Positions 23,053-36,296 of a stretch of DNA of 64,000 bases are shown here, piece after piece (the stretch's first letter is position 1; every line of letters begins with the position of its first letter). Location: contig CM060734.1 in NCBI GenBank assembly GCA_030704615.1, positions 15,562,001 through 15,626,000 of the forward strand, given 5' to 3'. The notes below the pieces were generated by a model. The model made no database searches and was not told the origin of the DNA. It saw only the letters and a list, made by a program, of their open reading frames with translations. The DNA comes from Takakia lepidozioides (Eukaryota; Plantae; Bryophyta). The position numbers and the translations under genes were made by a program.

Positions 23053-26000
23053 TTACTCACAGGCAAAGTCGGAGTCCAGCTCCTTGTCAGAAGTCTCCTC
23101 TGTATCAGTATCAGCGGGACGGGGCTTCAGAAGGACTTGAGAAGTGTGTCCACCCAAACCCATCAGGAGGTTCTTGTAAATCTCAGCATCCCCTTCAATC
23201 CCAAAGAGATGTCGTGCACTGGCCTTGCAAGCGTGGTAAGAAGCACCTGCAGTGGAATATAATGAATGAAGCAGACATTGAAGACACATTCGGAACGGTG
23301 GGAAGTGCTGAAAGTGCAAGCTCAATCAAACCTCATGAAATGTGAATGTTGAAGAGACGAACCTGTGCCCATCGACAAATCCAGAACTCTGGCATCTGTG
23401 TAGGTGCAGCACTCCACAATCGTTTGAATGAAAGCCGGGCTCCTCTCCCTCGCCCCTCTCCAAGGAACCCCATTCCCCCTTCGCAAGCACACGTTGTTGT
23501 CGACGTAGTTGTGATGCATGTCATCCGTGGGAGGATCTGTCCTGTCATCTATGAACTTGGCCCCATGAGTGATAGCGAACTCGGTAATGCCGGCCGGAGT
23601 CGTTTGTGGATGCACCCGGACGAGACAAACAGCTTCAAATAGACGAGTCTGCGAACATGACATCCACAAAGAACTAAGAAGCAAAAAAAAATCGGGCCCC
23701 TACATATGAGTTTGAGCGACCTATACAACCCCATCCGAGAACAACCAAGAAGAGGAAGAAGAAGGCAAACTCACCATCTCTCCCGGACGATCCCCCTTCG
23801 TAAGGTACATGCTGTTCACACAATTCCATGTCTTCACGACTCTCATGCCCGAGGCTTTCAAATAGCTGGAAAGTGCACGGCGACACCGAACGTCGATGGA
23901 CTGGATGAGCACCAAAACACCTGCATCGAACAGGAAGAAGTTGCAAAAGGAGAAAACCCACCGCCAGTAGCGCTCATCAAAAGCATTCCAACCCGGACAA
24001 GCACCCGATGGAGGGATATCCGGGACTGCCAACCCATCAGGGATGTCCAAGATGATGAGTTCGGCTGCATATGGCTTCTCCTTCCCGTTCACCCAGGATT
24101 TGGTCATTTTAGCCTGCAAACAAAAATACAATGGAATTCTCACAAGTTTAGGAACGATCCATGCCCACAGCAGACAAAGACAACAGAAGCCACAGAACCC
24201 AAAGAGAACACGCACCGTGCTGAGGAACTCCACAATCCTGTCCCACATTGGTGATGGCTCGCCCTTGTAATCAGATTTCTTCGACTCCATCATGGCAAGG
24301 AACCCGACGTTGGCCATCTCCAACCTGGTTGGGCGAATGACCCTCGTGGGATGTTCCACTGCATGGTACGGGTCCTTGGGATCAACCACCCCCTTGTTTT
24401 TTCTCCCGGATCCCTACCATGCGGTGGAGTTTGCTGGACATGCTCCACAGGGCCAATATCTGCAACACTTCCCTGCCCTTGTGCCACCTTCCCTCTACCC
24501 CTTCCTTCCCCACAACACCAGCAACATCTTTTCCCTTTGCCTTTCTTCCTCTACCTGGGGTATCCTGAGCGGGAGGCTCCTTCTCTGCAAGAGTCCTCAA
24601 ATTTCGTTCATGAATGTCGAGGTCGGCTGTTGTGGCAGTGGCTGCAATACGGTCATTCTCTCTCCTCAAAGACACCTCTGGAGCTGGGGTCTCAGAAGGA
24701 GGGCAATCCAAATACCAACCACAAGAAGAAAGATGGTCTGGGCCCCAGTCATGCAAGATCCCAGTAGTAAACATGGTCTGGTTGCCAGCAGGGACAAGCC
24801 ACAGGTCCACGAAATCTGGATGTTTGTCCAGGCAATTCTCTTCCAGGAGAACAAACTTTATGTACCTGCAGCAACAGAGGCAGCCTCATTTTACAATGGA
24901 AATATTGTGTGGCGACTTTTCCATCACACCAGGAAGACCCCCTTCAACAGTATGCCACACAACACATTGCAACCACAGCACAAATAAGTAGTGCAAGAGT
25001 GTGCACCTGTAAAGGCATCGTTTCCAGGCTTCCTCTCCTTTTTCTTGCTGGTCCAGCTCATTTGTTCGACTGATGCCACCCTCCTTGCTGAACTCTCTAA
25101 AGAAACAAGAGTGCCACACTGTGGCTCTCCATTTCCTCATGTATGCTTCGAAGGACACCTTCGGTGCTATCATACTGATGCCATAGTCAGCCAGCTGAGT
25201 ATGCAGAACCGATCTGGCCCTTTCTTCCAACTACAAAACAATACAAATGCAAGAATGAACCCAAAAGCAATCACAACGAATGTAAGAGGCAATAGAAAGA
25301 TAAGGACAGGAAAAGAGAAAAGACAGTGACACAGGGAAGGACATCACACCTGGCTCCAGTAAGTGGCCTTGTGAAGCCAGGTGTCCAGCACATTGTCACT
25401 GACAGGAATGACACGCTGGGTCTTCTTCTCTTTCTCCGGCCTTGGGAACATGTGGGTATCCCTAACTGTGGGATCGGAGTTCCATATCTGCAGCCACTTC
25501 ACCTTTTGTTCTGGAGACACTACGGCGGTAGACAACCTATGCAACTTCTCCTGGGCCATTTCTGGCTTGCCTGGCTTGTTATAATGGTTTTTTATCTCCA
25601 GGAGAAACTGCGGTCCGAATGATGGGTCGGCAATTCTCAACTGCTTCACGAAAGCACTCATTATAGTCCTTCTTGTAGCGGTCATCTCTTTCTGGATGTG
25701 ACTCTCAACCCCCTTTGCTGTCCTTCTCTCCTCAGGGGTAGAGCTGTAGTATTTCAGTTTGCCACGCTCCCCTGCATCTGCAATGTCTTGCTGCAAGGGA
25801 ATGCAAGAGAGTTGCATCAGCACAAGGTCAAGGGAAACAAACAAAAACAAACATGTGGAATATGGAAGACCAAATGAAGGAAGATGTATCTCACCGTGTA
25901 CATGTACTCCATGAAAGCCTCACGGGTCAACGAGTACCACGTTTCCGATGTCTTGGAGCTTTCGCACTTCTTGTACATCTCCGCTGAAAGGATGGTCTTG

Positions 26001-26262
26001 AAGTTGGTCAAGGGCATCTGCCCGATCCTTTGTATCCTATACAGTGTGTGAACCAATCTCGTTTTGACATGCGATGTCTCCGTTCCTCTGCAGAATGATA
26101 TCTGTAAGTCAGAATGAAATTCAAGGTCTTCAATCAAAGAAGAACGGAACCACAAGTGGAACATGTAGAATGAGAAACCAACTTGTTCACATCATTCATT
26201 GCCATCAGAAGACCCATCATGTTCCCATCACAATCCAGCACCATCGATCGAATAGAGTAATG
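23053..26262 (-). pseudogene. Family B ParB-MTase fusion gene, 3' exons (MTase domain and helical middle region)
   Basis: ELIILDIPDG, WNAFDERYW..FLFDAGVLVLI, RERSPAFIQTIVECCTYTDARVLDLSMGTG|ASYHACKASARHLFGIEGD, IADPSFG..QEKLHRLSTA; collinear with the family A gene and with shared intron positions. Confidence 0.8.
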
Positions 26263-28494
26263 ACGGTGTAAATCCCTACGGAGCTCAATCCACAAGTTGG
26301 AGCACATGGCCCGTTCTCTTGGTCAATTACAATCTGCCTCCGTGGTTAATGACCAAAAAGTTCTTTGTCATGTTAGCGCTAATGATTCCTGGTAAGGAGT
26401 CTGTTACCTCGGACAACGTAGATGTTTACCTGATGCCCCTAGTGGAAGAGCTATTGGAACTATGGAGAGGGATTGCAGCTCATGATGTTTCCCGTTCTCG
26501 TGGTCAACGCGAATTCACACTGAGGGCAGTGTTGATGTGGTCAATCCATGACTACCCTGCATATGGCTTGCTCTCAGGTCAAGTGACGAAAGGTTATGCT
26601 GGTTGTCCAGCTTGTGGACCCGGGGTGACTTCACAGCAGTTACACACATGTGGAAAAATTGTTTTCCTAGGCCATCGAAGATTTTTGGCCCGCAATCATC
26701 CATATAGAAGGTCAAGAATGTTCAATGGCGCTACTGAGCATGGAACTCCTCCAAAAACGCAGACTGGAACACAAATCAAGGACCTTGCAACAGCTTGCAC
26801 TGCATGGGTGGAAAACGGAGGGACGCCAGATAGCAGGACAGACCCAGCAAAAACTCATGGAGTTAAGCGATTGTCAATTTTATATGTCTTACCTTATTGG
26901 GAGGTAATTCCTTCATGGCCTTTAAATTGGCTGTGTACATTTTTGCGTTTTCTGTTTAAATTGTGATGAGTAAATGCCTCAATTGCTTATGTGTTCATTT
27001 TGTAGGGTCTCCTCATCCGCCACACGTTTGACGCAATGCATTGCGAGAAGAACTTGGCTGAAAATATTATTAAACTATCTTTGGTGAGAAAGACACATTG
27101 AAAGTTCGCCGTGATTTGGAGCTACTTGGGATGCGCCCGGAATTGTGGCTACAACGTGATCCCGACAGAGCAAATACGTTAATTATGCCTCCTGCCCCTT
27201 ATGTCCTCACTGAGGCTGAGTTACAAGTCTTTCTGGAGATTGTGCAGAACTTGAAAGTGCCAACAGGCTACGCATCAGCTTTCAAAAAGCATGTGGTGAA
27301 GAAGAAGTTGTCAGGCATGAAATCACATGACTATCATGTGCTCATGCAACAAATTATACCGCTTGCTATCCGTGGGCTCATGCCAAGTGGTCCTTGAAGG
27401 GCCATTTTGCGAGTATGTCGTGTATTTCAGAAGTTGTGTGCAAAAGTGGTGAATCCTGTAGAGTATGAGGAATTGAGAACTGAAGCAGTTCTCACTCTGT
27501 GTCTTATAGAGAAGGAGTTCCCACCATCATTTTTTGATGTGATGACACATCTGGTTGTTCACCTAGTGGATGAGTTGTACTTATGCGGGCCCGTAGCATC
27601 TCGTTGGATGTACCCCATGGAGCGGGCAATGAAAGATATGAAGGGCTACGTAAGAAACATGGCAAGGCCCGAGGGGAGCATGGCAGAAGGATACCAATTT
27701 GAAGAAGCATTGGGTTTTTGCACAGAGTATATGGCAGGATTTGATGGAAGTGTATGAAGGGTGTGGGATGCAGATGAGGCAGAATCTGTGGAACGTGAAG
27801 TTGTGGAAGGAAGTTCTAAAGCCCGAAAATTGAATGACCTGTGTGATATTGTACATGAGTACATCATTCAGAACCATCCTCGTCTATTAGTCATGTTGGG
27901 GTAAGAAATCTACTTCATTGACATTCAGATTTCCAAGTTTTAGTCATTTATCATTAGTTGGCATATGGCGTCTTTTCAAGTCTCCCACGCCACCTCTGTC
28001 AATCTCCTGGCTGACCCTCGGATTGTGACAGGATATATGAAGCAGAGTCCACACGGATAGAAGCCAGACGACGCTTGTTTCGTGAGGAGCAAGGACTGGA
28101 AGGCATGAGCAATCCCACGGCAATTCAGTACCCTCCTGATTTGCATCCTTGTCCTCCATTTGCTGTTTGGCTCCCTCAAGGTGTACGGGATCATCTCTCA
28201 ATTCAATCAGATGGGCTTGATCCTACAACACATGAGGAATTACTGGATCTTTCAAGGCCTCCATCATTTACTGCCCTGTCATTCAAGAGTATGACAGCGT
28301 ATGGTAACCATTACAGGGTTACATCCCCCGGCATGAACACAACAAGTATGGTGTCTTTTGATTATGGAGTCTCATCTGTTTTCCAGCACCAGCCCATTAC
28401 CAACAATTCAGGCAATGACATGGAGGAACCTACAAGATATGTGGATCTTATAAGGGAGATTTTGCAAATTGACTATGGCCAAACACAGCCTATA
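26262..28494 (+). pseudogene. CACTA/En-Spm TnpD-like transposase fragment
   Basis: DGVNPYG..WPVLLVNYNLPPWL..MWSIHDYPAYG, DAMHCEKN, KSHDYHVLMQQ, FPPSFFDVMTHLVVHL..RWMYPMER..PEGSMAEGY; internal stops. Confidence 0.9.
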
Positions 28495-30676
28495 CATAAT
28501 GTTGTCCATGAATCCAGCAGTGCCTGTGCCCATTCTGAGTGCATTCACCTGGTTTCGAATATTAAGAGAGCTCAACACGGAGAAATGGTCCATGACTGCA
28601 TTAAGCGAATCTGCATCCAGCATAAGTTGTGTCGCATCCCCTTCACCCAGTATGTGTTTCTCCAGGAATGCCTTGCTAGCTGCAAGCGCTATAGCAGAAG
28701 GTGTTGCACAAGGGGCATTGTGGAACTCCTGCTTCAGCAGATTTCTAGCGATGTCCACGCTATCCCTGCAACTTCCTTTGGACACAGGATGCTCGTGTGC
28801 ACCCATATGAATGCAGGCACGAGTCATTGTCTTGCATCGGTGTGCCACCTGATACATACGAGCGTGGCACACAGAAACATAGGACGGGGAAAGTTTGCAG
28901 AACCTGCACACAAAAGTATTGGTCCTGGGAGGGGCAAGCCCTGGGGTGAAAGGATTCAGGGGCACACCTTCCCACTCACTTTCGTTTGGTTGAGCGCTGT
29001 TTCTCAGCCGAGGGCAAGAAATATTCTAGCACTTACAATGCCCAACGCAGACCGACCTCCGAAATTTCAAGCCAATGTCGTTATGGATGTTCGACGTTTT
29101 TGTCCTGCACCAAGGATGTCCGTCATATTTCTTGTCCATGCCCTGCAAAAGCCCAGCCAGTCCAGTGGAAGAGGTGGGAGGGTTGAGCTCAAACAGGATG
29201 TCCCCATCAAACTGTGCTGGCACGTATTGAACCCGTTGCACAGGAAGGGACTCCCAATCAACAAAACGCAGCTCGCTCTTGCACCCAGGCACACCTGCGA
29301 GGGCTTTCAATTTTGGAATGACACTCGTTATCTCTTGCAATTCGTCATCATCCAATGACGGAGTCTGCACTGGCGGAGGAATCTCAGAAACATCCTCCGA
29401 GGACGAGTCTGAAAGAGTCACGAAGGTAGTGGATGTGCTCACCTCTTGTTTCACAGGAACTGTGCCCTTCTGTTGCACGACCGATGCTGCAGTGCCAGGG
29501 GTAACGACTGATCCTGCTGATTGTCTTCTCTCTTTTCCAAGGACACGGTATGTGCCTGGAAGGACTCTCCACTTCCTTCCACACTTGCCAACCAATGGTT
29601 TCTCCAAGTGCCCAGAATCCAAATTCCCATCCTCGTCATACACCTCTTTTTGAACAAGGAGAGAACCCAACTCCAGCGGGAACACTGTAACCAGCTCATC
29701 CTCATGAACAACTGCAAACCCATCGTCGTCTGCTGTGGCAGTCAGTGGAAGAGTACCTGCATTGGAATGGAATCGAGCAAGTGTATCTCGCTCCCTCGAC
29801 ATGTTTTCCCTCACTGAACGAAAGTTGCGGAATCCTCGAACTGATAGCCCGCAATCACCGAAAGGGGAATTAAGACAAGCAAACTGAGGTCAACAAGGGT
29901 AGCTCCAACCCAAAGGTTGCGGGTGATGCATGCAAAGGATGTAGGGATGAGATGCACCTTCACTTCGGAAACAACAACGCTAAGAGGCACTAACCAGAAA
30001 AACTGTTTTCAATTACTACAAGAAGCCGTGTTGTTTATGGATGAAAACAAACACTGAAAACGACATGAAACCATCCATTATGAAAAGACGGCAACAACCC
30101 TGGAGAGCAGTAAACAGGAAGACCACAAATGTCATGAGGTTGTGATGTGCCAGAAGAGCACAGCACAAACACTGACACTGCAGAAGATACCTCGCACGAA
30201 TGCGTGCCAGACATGGTCGTATCCGACAGAACCCTTTATGCCGAATGACCCCATGGCGACGGTTACGGTAAAATGCAAACCACAGGGTAGGCAGTACAAC
30301 ACACGTGGATGCATATGTGAAGCATAACAATTATTGCGGATCTGCAAGAACTGCTCGAAAATGAACTAGCATTAGATTTCTACGGCACATCCGAATTTGA
30401 AAGAAAGCAAGAAGGCCGCGGTGTATTGGCAGGCGGCGCAGTACATCTGACATATATCGCTAGTGCATGCAACGGATGTACTTTTTTTCTAGCGCTTTAT
30501 TACTTGGATAATACAGAGACGACGGAATGGATGAATTCCGTTCGCACACAATAACAACACCCGCATCCAAATATGGTTGACAACGTCCAATTTTGATTTT
30601 GGTTACATGCCATAGCAACACTTGTTACAAATGTCAAACTGGAGAGCTCTAGAGGCATCGTGGGGAGCCCTTGTTT
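28495..30676 (-). pseudogene. Inverted near-identical copy of 42963-45144 (upstream region and GCM half of the family B transposase)
   Basis: ORFs 29026-29814 and 28408-28965 match the first ~440 aa of 43825-45933, with one premature stop. Confidence 0.95.
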
Positions 30677-31150
30677 AGCCTCAAGAAAATGAAGATGAGG
30701 GAGGAGGGAGCAGCTATTAGAGCCCGTCGGGCTCGTAGATTTGTGTTGGATTCTGCTGAGGAAAGTGGGGGAGAAGAGGCAGAAGATTCCAAGGAGGTGA
30801 AGTGGACAGTCCCCCAAGGAGAGGACGGCATTTTTGAGAGGCATACTGCAACCGATGCATCACAGAGCTCGGAGGATGGGGGGGATGAGGGGGATGAGGA
30901 AGAAGGAGGGCCAAGTTCCTCGGAAGGTGTAGGAGAGTAGTTCCCATTCCTGCTATGACAGTTAGGACACACTTGTATAGACATGGCTTGCCACCAAATT
31001 TGCAATAAAATGTTGCATTTCATTGCTATGACGAGTCCACATGACCCTATTTCCGTGCCTCCTAACCCTATTTCCGTGGAAACAATTCGGCCCGCTCATG
31101 TTTTTTATTTTCCCGCTCATGCTCATGCCGCTCATGAAATAGCAGCCCCC
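30677..31150 (-). mobile_element. Left-end fragment of an A-like element: TIR plus WTVPQGEDGIFE ORF, inserted in the Ty3 3' ORF
   Basis: The terminus ..GCTCATGAAATAGCAGCCCCC at 31150 is the reverse complement of the 21-bp start of the element at 53493. Confidence 0.75.
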
Positions 31151-31551
31151 ATCTCTTCCACCAGACCATTGTACATTAACTCCGCCCAAGCCACATCCTC
31201 TCCCCTCAAGGCTTTCAGTATCTCCTCCGTGAATGATCTGCTCAAATACTGTTGGTTCTGTTTCATGGCAAACAGGACGTTCAGTATTTGGCCAACTTCT
31301 CTTAGCCCTGGGTACTCGGTCTTGGTGCAGATGTATCCTTGAGTCTTAAAGAAACTCCCTTCTTGGAACAAATTCCCTATCTGCAATCTTGTCCTGTGCT
31401 CATCCACATCCACATGACCCGATGGCAAATCGAACAATTGCTGCAAGTACTGGGGAGTAATTTCTATATCTACTCCCCTCACCTGGGTAACTCCTGTCCG
31501 AGGCTTAAAGTTCTGAATAAATTGAATCATATACTTCCGATGATGCAAGGA

Positions 31552-34500
31552 CTAGTCCTTGCGTAGCAGCCCTTCCAATCGCAACTCCTTCAACAGCTGC
31601 ACTGCCTGTGGTGTAGCAATTGTTTGCTTCTGCAGAATCGTGGTGCTCTTCACCCTGATATCCTCCATTCCCCTAACTCTCTTCATCCCAGACAAACAAA
31701 AAGGCCTTGTTTGAAACAGCTGTAGGAAAGCTTGCAGGGCATAGAGCATAAAGGTATGGTTGGCACAGAAAGGAACGGGTAAGTGCGTGTAAGCCTGTGG
31801 GGCTTGAGATAGTGGGTGAAGTGAGAATGTCCTTTCAACCCGTCCGTCCTTGCGCCACTGCGTGAGAAGTAAAGCTAATGTGTAGTCTGTAATATCCGCC
31901 ATAGCTACAAAGCTATAGCTTTGATTGCCCTTCCCGTCGAAACGCTTGTTATTCGGAGCAACCCCGACTCTTCCGCACAAAACTTTTCTAATTTCTTGTT
32001 CTTGTTTCTTGGAGGGAACCACCTGCATGAAATTCACGTTTTTTATTGGTTGTTGCCTCCTCAGGTAACTTCCAATTTTTACCCCCCTCAGTGGACATTC
32101 CCACCTGGAATGTCCTCTAGGACAGCACAAGTGGCAAAGATCCCCCTTTGCTGTACGTGTAAAGGGTTCCGTTACCTTTTTCCTGGATGCATTAATGGTC
32201 CCGCAATTAATTTCGGCTGCTGTACCGGGTAGGTACTTCGACGGCCCAGTTTGTCTTTTTGCATGATGACACCCGCTATTGCAGTTCATGCAAAGCGGAG
32301 TGCTTTGCCCCTTATGCCACGTGTTTGAACTCCAACACTCTCCCGTCTCCCTCTGTCCGCGTGGTTTTTTCTCCGAGTTTGACTTCCAAACTTCTTTAAC
32401 GGGCCACTCTTCTGATGTTAACCCGCGTCCACCTGTCACTGACCCTATGGACTGTGCAATCCGCGTAGGTTGTGTTGGGCTGTGACAGGATATGTGATGC
32501 TGTGATGGGCTGTGATGACTTTGTGAACACCCGTGTTCTACGCTCAGGCCATACACATTCGGCTTAACGACAAGTACTTCATGCTTCGTTGGTGTTACTG
32601 GTGTAGGCTGTGATGGCATCTGTGTTCCAAGATGCAAATCATGCTGCAATGGTTTATCATGGATACCACTGTATCCCTTCAACTTATTGGCATTCACTCT
32701 TCCAAGCATCTCTTTATTAATGGTTTGTAACATGGCTGTGTTGTTATCATACATCTTCTGTATGACATAAGGTCCTTTCCATGGTGACTTAAGCTTAGAA
32801 GCTTTGATCTTTCCCTTCTTCTGCAACCACAGTATCAAATCGTCCGTCTTAAAAGTTTTCAATTTACCTTCATCAAATTGATCCTTCCTCTTCATCTAAA
32901 TTCTGGTCATGTTATCTGCTGCATCCGCACGTACTTCTTCCACATGATATAATTCATGTTTCATGACTTTAATTGAATCCTCCAATTCCATTCTCCTTCC
33001 CCATTCAGTTCTCATGGTAGGTAACAAGAATTCCACTGGAAGTAAAGCTTCCATACCATAGACTAATTGGAATGGTGTATACTTAGTGGTGACTTTATAT
33101 GAAGTCCTGTATGACCACAAAGCTGTCAGCAGCTTTGTATCCCAATCCGTTCTGTTTGCATTGACTATCTTAGCCAAAATAGTGCATAGTATTTTGTTGG
33201 TGGCCTTTGCCTGCCCATTACCCTGTGGGTAATAGGTTGTACTCTTCCTGTGCACAATCATGAACTCTTTAGTCTCATTAATGAAGTGACTACCCTGGTC
33301 ACTGATAAATTCCAGGGGACAACCAAATCTTGTAAGTATGTTCTCATACATGAACCTTGCTGTGGACTTAGCTGTGTTGTCCCTCAGAGCCTTAGCTTCC
33401 ACCCACTTTGTAGTATAATCAGTGGCTGTGATTATATACTTGTTATGTGTATTTCTGGCTGGTGGGTTTATTGGTCCAACAGAATCTAGTCCCCATTTCT
33501 GAATTGGTTCAATAGGCATCGTCGGATGCAAAGCCATCTTTCCAGATCTTTGCAAAGGTCCTAGCCTCTGACACTCATCACAACTCTTGCAATACTCGTG
33601 CACATCTTTGAACAGAGTAGGCCACCAGTAACATGCAAGTAGTATTTTTCTGCTGGTAGTCTTCTCTCCAAAATGACCTCCAGCCACTCCTTTGTGAACT
33701 TCTTCCAGAACTTTATTTACTTCATGGTGGTACAAGCATCGTTTAAGTACTCCATCAGGTCCTAGCTTATACAATCTGCCACCTATCATAGTGTAAGGTA
33801 AAGCCTTGATAGCTATTCTCTTCCTCTGTTCCTTCCCATAACTAGGTGGGCACTGCCCATGAGTAAAGTAGTATCTAATTGGCCACTGCCAATCTAACCA
33901 ATCATCTGCACTTCCTTGCACCTCCACTGCAAATAGACTCGCATCAGGTAGTTGGTCATCTACTCCCGTGGTGGGCTCTCATGTTGATAGGCGTGACAAG
34001 TGATCTGCCACAAGATGCAAATGGCCAGGCTTGTAAACAACTTTGAATTCAAACTCGTGCAAGATTATTAACCATCTTGCTATCCTGCCACTTATCAAAG
34101 GCTTGTTCACCAGATAAATCAAAGCCTGATGATCCACATAAAACATAAACTTCCTTCCCAATAGGTAATGCCTGAATTTCTTGATTGCATAAATCATTGC
34201 CAATGCTTCTCTTTCAGTGGTGCTATAGTTCCTTTCAGCACTGTTCAACAACCTGCTAGCATAATACACAAGTGAATCCATGTTTCCTGTGATATTTTGG
34301 GCTAACATAGCTCCCAATACTTCTCCTGAGGCATCACAGTGTACATGAAATACTACATGCCAGTGTGGGTTAATCAGCACAAGTGTAGTTGTTACTGACA
34401 ATGTAAGTTCCTCAAAAGCCTGTTGACACTCAGCTGTCCATGTAAACACTGCATCTTTCTTCAAAAGCTTGCTCAATGGAGCTGCTATCTGTGCATACCG

Positions 34501-36293
34501 TTTGACAAACCTTCTATAGTAACTGGTTTGCCCAAGGAATCTCCTTAGACTTTTAACATTCCCTGGTGGTGGAGATGCTTTAATGGCCTCTATTTTTCTA
34601 GGATCCACAAGCAGTCCCCTCTTACACACAATGTGTCCCAGGAGTACCCCTGAATTCACACAGAAAGTACACTTTTCTGGATTTAGATCAAGTCCTCTCA
34701 TCCTGCATTTGGCGAAGCATAATTCCAACTTTTGCAAGCGCTCATTCTTAGAGCTGTACACACTGAAGTCATCTAAGAACACTTGTATGAAATCATCCAG
34801 ATACTCATGGAAAGATTCACTTATCATTCTCTGAAAAGTTGCTGGTGCATTACAAAGTCCAAAAGGCATGACTTTGTATGCAAAAACACCTCAATCTGTG
34901 ATAAAAGCTATCTTCCCCTGGTCTTCTTCCGCCACTTGCACTTGGTTATACCCACTGAAGCCATCCATGAATGAGTACATCTCATGGCCTGCCACAGTGT
35001 CTAGCACAGCTTCTGTGAATGGCAAAGGAAAGGGATCCTTCTTTGTACAAGCATTCAACTTCTTATAGTTCACACAAACTCCCAGTTTACCATTCTTCTT
35101 GGGAACTATCACAATGGGTGACAACCAAGTTGTATACTCTATCGGGTATATGAACTTAGCCTCAGCCAACTTCTGATCTCTTCCCCAACCTTCTGTGCAT
35201 AGTTGGGATTCATCCTGTACCTTGCCTGTTTGATTGGTACTGACCCTGGTTCCAGTTCAATCTTATGCTGACAGATCTCAGGTGGTATCCCTTTCAGATC
35301 CTCATAGCTCCAAGCAAATACATCTCTGTATTTGATGAACAGACTCTTGGCTTCCTCAAAGAATTTTGGCTCCAAGTCAGCCCCCGCTTTCACCAATCTT
35401 GGTTCCTCCTCCGTTCCCACATTCACTTCTCTCACCTGCTCCTCAGCTGTGATTGTCCATCCAGCCACTATTTCATCCTGTAAACTCACAGTGGCTGGTT
35501 ATTATAGGATTTCCATTTCTCCCTCTCTCTCTTCATAGAAATGTGGTGGGTAACTACTTGTTTCACCCTCAATTGGTGTTGTTGTTACTGCACCACAACA
35601 ACTACCTTTAAAACAACTCAGACCTCCCACTTGCATTTCTGCAACTTGCTCCCACTCTGGGTGCGCAGCAAACAGGGTAGCTTCCTACTTCTCATCGAGT
35701 CCTCCCCTCCAGTCATACTCTCTGACTCCACGAGGTCTTCTAGTAGCAGGTAGCCTACTAGATTTCCTAGTGGTGACCTGTATCTTGTGCTTCCCATCAT
35801 GCACAGTCAGTAACTGGGAATTCCAGTCATGGAATACCCAGGCCTGTTTCAGCCATGGTTGACCCAGCAATAAGGAGTAAGCTTCCATAACATCATCCAT
35901 TCTCAACACAGTCACTATGATCTTAAAAATCATCTCTTGGATCTGTATCTTTACTCCTCTTATCAAGCCTAAAGGCTGTACACTCCTTTGATCTGCCATT
36001 GTTACTGTAAATGGGGCTGGTTTCATGTTACTGAGACCAAGCTTCTGCCTTAATTGGTCTGTCATAATATTCACTCCCGAGCCTCCATCTATCAGTACAT
36101 CAGTCAAGTCTGTGCTTCCAATCCTCAATTGGATTACTGGCATAGAATCATCAAAGTCCATGACTACTTCTCGCCCTTCAGGCCTCACATTATAACTTGT
36201 CACCTTGCTGTTCAGGTCTATGTTCTCTGTCACATGAGCAATCTGATTAATTGCTTGATACAGCCTGTGCCTACAATGAGGTGCCACAGCCAA
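31552..36293 (-). pseudogene. Ty3 pol (protease, RT, RNase H, integrase with GPY motif and long CCHC-containing tail)
   Basis: VLIDGGSGVNI; MDGFSGYNQV; MPFGLCNAPATFQR..FLDDF; HCDAS..NYSTTEREAL; WGLDSVGP..SDQGSHF..PQGNGQ; WKGPYVI. Confidence 0.9.
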
Positions 36294-36296
36294 TAG

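Noticed and set aside
28075-29358. 427-aa ORF (and 44281-45279)
   Set aside because: A chimera of CACTA sequence and the antisense frame of the B transposase; the other is purely antisense.
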